The position numbers were made by a program, and so were the translations under genes. 64,000 nucleotides of DNA from Eledone cirrhosa. Lineage: Eukaryota. The notes under the pieces were generated by a model. That model searched no databases. It was not told where the DNA came from and saw only the letters and a program-made list of their open reading frames with translations. How positions within the stretch are numbered: position 1 is the first letter of the stretch; each line of letters begins with the position of its first letter. Shown here piece by piece: positions 60,222-64,000 of the stretch. The stretch covers positions 317,378,001 to 317,442,000 of the forward strand of contig OZ024740.1 of NCBI GenBank assembly GCA_964016885.1, given 5' to 3'.

Positions 60222-62625
60222 AAGATCGAAAGTCAGTAATATTGGAAAAAGAATATCAAACCTATCCTCTAATAAAAAATATCTTTGATGCTAACGCCAA
60301 TTACTAATAATGCGCTTTCTAAAGCCGGTTATCCTGATAAAATTAAATACAGTAAAGAAACCAATCCTAGAAGGTCTTACAGTAAAATAATTAATTATGA
60401 TCATTCCAATAACTTAAATAAAAGACCTAGATACAAAAATATAATCTGGTATAATGCTCCTTTCTCTATTTCTATTAATAATAATATTCCTAAACTATTC
60501 TTTAGGGCCTTAGATAAATGCTTCCCTCCCTCACATATCTATAGTAAAATCTTTAACAAACATACAATAACATTTTCCTATTCCACTTCCTCCACCATCT
60601 CTAACATTATTTCTAAACATAACAATAAAATATTAAATATTAAATCACATCCTTCCAACACTGAGCGTCATAATAATAGCAGCAGTACTCCCGACGTCAT
60701 TGTTAACTCTAGGCTAGATTCTGCAAACTCAAATACGACGTCAAAGGTAACTTCGTTGAATATTCATATACCAATCTAAATCAGGAAACTATTATTCCTA
60801 TCGTAAATAACTTCTCCAATCCAATTCCTCCTATAGATAACACTAGGTCACTTGTTAATAACTCTGTTAATCTCTCTAATCGCAATTGTAATTGCCCTGT
60901 CCTCTCAATAACCACTGTCTTGATAAAAATTTAGTGTATGAATGTAAGGTTATAACTGATACCAATTCCTTTACCTATTTCGGTTCCACTTCCACCTCCT
61001 TCAAAGCTAGATTTATAATCACAATTCGTCTTTTAGATACCAACTTAAAAGAACTAACACGGCACTCTCAGAACTCATATGGTCCTTGAAAGACAAAAAT
61101 ATTAACTATAACATCTCTTGGAGAAAAGTTTGTTCTGCCTCTCCCTACTTGAATGCCTCCCTATCTAGAACATGTAATCTTTGCCTATCTGAAAAATTTA
61201 CCATTATATCTAATCTCAATTCTATAATAAATAGACGCACTGATTTATTTTCTCTCTGCTTGCATAAATTCCACAGAACATTCCATAAAGTATACAGCTA
61301 ATATCTAATACCTTACTAATTTAAAATCCTTTTTCTCAAAGGATTATATATCTTTTAAAAATATACCTATCTTTCTACCTTATTTCAATATTATTTATTA
61401 TATATTATATAATACAAGTTACTCATTCTATATCATTCCTCTTTATCACTTTCCTTTCTTCCTCTTTTCTTTCTAATTTCTAACCTCCAATCTGAACTTT
61501 TTCTTCCTAACTCTTCTCAATTCTTATTATTACTCACCACAACATTATCCATTCTTCCATCTTTCTTCATATCATTGGCCATAAAAATTATTTTTTAAAA
61601 ATACATTATAGTCTTCGTAAACATAAACATTTTTTTAAGTTAGATTTTTCTTCCTTAAATTCCTTATATCATGCTCGTTTGACTTTTACATATTACAATA
61701 CATAAAAACAAACTTAAACCCTAACTAATTCCTTTAATATATTATATTATTACCATTAGAAAATATTTCGTAAACATATATATTTTTTTATGTTAGATAT
61801 TTTTCTTCCTTAAACATTCTTTTCTTCTTTGCTTTCTGCGCTCATTTTTAAACAAACTATTTACGTACATATATTACGCACACATATTACATTACATAAA
61901 AACAAACTTATAATTCCTCTAAATTCACAACTCATTCATTCTTTTATTTCTTTTCACATTATATCCTTAATAACATTAATATTTTTATTTTAATAATACA
62001 TATTAATAATTTCTTTTCCTCGCACGTATTATTAAACCCTTCAATATACAAACCTTAATTTAATATTATTCTTAATCCCTTTTTCTCTTCATGCATAAAC
62101 CTCATTAACTTTTAATTTCAAATTCTTTTAAATTTTCTATTATCTTCCAACGGCTTTTTAACTTCTCTCTGTGAGAAATATATATATTTTTCTCAGTTGT
62201 AAAGGCTGTCTCTCTCTCTCTATCACCCATCTCCCCTCCTCTCTCACTCTTCCTTCTTATACTCGTCCCCCACCATTCTTTACTCTCATCTCCTCCTCTT
62301 CCTTACCTTTTCCACCCCACCCCCCTCACTTTTTCCCAATCTCATACATCAATCTTAAATTATTTTTCATATGTTGATTTATAACTTCACTATTCACAAG
62401 TGTTTTTTAAGCTTCATATCATGTATCCCTATTTTATCTGATGAAAACGCAGATATCATCCCATGATGATATTTGTTTTTGAAATGCGCATAATAAAATA
62501 CTTGGAACTCTTTTAACCTTCTTTCGATCTTATATTATTTATACATCAGTCCTACAAACTGTAGAGTGCTACTTATCCGATATTTGCATTGCTTTATTGT
62601 GCTACAATAAAACTCACCTCCTACA
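60222..62625 (+). mobile_element. Decayed 5'-truncated PLE (IIWYNxPFS / CNLCLxEK type) with long AT-rich 3' UTR
   Basis: [59 protein letters not shown] (GIY-YIG), CNLCLSEK, CLH. Confidence 0.88.
62431..62499 (+). ncRNA. Minimal hammerhead at the 3' end of that PLE
   Basis: ATTTTAT-CTGATGA-AAACGCAGATATCATC-CCAT-GATGATATTTGTTTTT-GAAA-TGCGCATA-ATAAAAT. Confidence 0.87.
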
Positions 62626-62648
62626 TATATATATATATATATATATAT

Positions 62649-62927
62649 AAGAGAGTATTGAAGTTTGCTTGAAGCATTGTGGAATAATAAGTAAATATCT
62701 TTAAGTCGGTTGGAAGCCTCGACAATGCAAATGGGTAAATCTCCGGGTAACAAGATCCGGTGGTGGAGAGAGAGATGTAAGTGGGTGTACGTTGAGATGC
62801 GTGGTGTGTATAAGACACACCACGCATCTCAACGTACACCCACTTACATCTCTCTCTCCACCACCGGATCTTGTTACCCGGAGATTTACCCATTTGCATT
62901 GCCGAGGCTTCCAAACGACTTAAAGAT

Positions 62928-62933
<6 letters not shown>
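62649..62933. mobile_element. Fold-back element with 119-bp arms (centre 62812) and 42-bp tail
   Basis: 62691-62809 is the RC of 62815-62933; family of 35120-35601. Confidence 0.9.
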
Positions 62934-63004
<71 letters not shown>

Positions 63005-63009
<5 letters not shown>

Positions 63010-63890
63010 CTTTGATATATTGTTTTTGTTTATGCCACGAAACTACGTAGTCGAGGAATTTAGGAGCAGTTTAGGTATGATACATTTTATTACTAATTAT
63101 ATCTAAATGTTTCTTCTCTCTTCATAATGTATTTTTAACTCTGATACTGGTTCAGTCTAGTTCAACTGAATTGGTCTGTCCTAGTCATTCATTGAGCAAC
63201 ATCGGTGAAGTTGGCACCCTTAACTCACGGTTGGGTGCGGATACATTCATGTATATATGTGTGTGTCCGCATGTATCTGTGTGTTTCTAAATATATTGTT
63301 AATAACTCCCTCTGGTCGAGCAATCTTTGAAGTGTGGGGACAACTGGAAAGCTTCCATTACTCATACTTCTCGCCTTCTTCACCACCTCTTCTACGGCCT
63401 CGATATGAATACCCCCTCCGCCTCCCTGGTATTTTCTTCGTGGTTATAGGAGGCTTAGCTCTGTTTCTCGACCGTTATATCGCGTGACTATCTCCCCCTC
63501 CGCCTTTTGGGATTCTTTCTCACGTCGTGTAGACGCGTTCTTGAGACTAGTAAAATGAGGTATCCTCTTGATAAGTCGGCAGACCTCGCAAGGACTCTAT
63601 ATCTTTGATATATTGTTTTTGTTTATGCCACGAAACTACGTAGTCGAGGAATTTAGGAGCAGTTTAGGTATGATACATTTTATTACTAATTATATCTAAA
63701 TGTTTCTTCTCTCTTCATAATGTATTTTTAACTCTGATACTGGTTCAGTCTAGTTCAACTGAATTGGTCTGTCCTAGTCATTCATTGAGCAACATCGGTG
63801 AAGTTGGCACCCTTAACTCACGGTTGGGTGCGGATACATTCATGTATATATGTGTGTGTCCGCATGTATCTGTGTGTTTCTAAATATATT
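63005..63890 (+). mobile_element. Non-coding HHR element, 593-bp unit present 1.5 times
   Basis: 63005-63297 is identical by eye to 63598-63890; (TA)n flanks. Confidence 0.85.
63563..63650 (+). ncRNA. Hammerhead ribozyme, U3:A8 variant, 44-nt loop II, palindromic helix III
   Basis: TCCTC-TTGATAA-GTCGGCA..TGCCAC-GAAA-CTACGTAG-TC-GAGGA. Confidence 0.75.
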
Positions 63891-63910
63891 ATATATATAT
63901 ATATATATAT

Positions 63911-64000
63911 ATTGAGTATATGTTGGTTGTTTACTGACACCTCAGTATGCAGATTGGAGCACTCGACGAAGTACGCAGGTTGGTTTGTTTACTCCGGAGT
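63911..64000 (-). mobile_element. Tail of another copy of the 38851/51357 HHR family (runs off the window)
   Basis: Matches 51215-51304. Confidence 0.8.

Overview
AT-rich, repeat-saturated animal DNA with no convincing host protein-coding gene. It is most likely an octopus/cephalopod, inferred from the tRNA-SINEs, RTE tails, a TTAA MITE and the very long (TA)n tracts. It holds a 9.5-kb minisatellite, fragments of RTE and CR1 LINEs and SINEs, one decayed RepHel Helitron plus three non-autonomous Helitrons, and one uninterrupted Penelope-like element (PLE: RT + GIY-YIG, 1028 aa) with an identical inverted pseudo-LTR. The main signal is non-coding. About 25 hammerhead-ribozyme (HHR) motifs from about 10 sequence families sit almost all next to (TA)n. 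They occur in PLE 3' ends, in long fold-back palindromes with reproducible arm ends, and in two ORF-less, terminally redundant retrozyme-like units (593 bp and about 705 bp). One of these units carries a U3:A8 core variant. Several unrelated families share an 11-nt tail motif (YGTMGAGTGCT). All structures were folded by eye; no searches were run.
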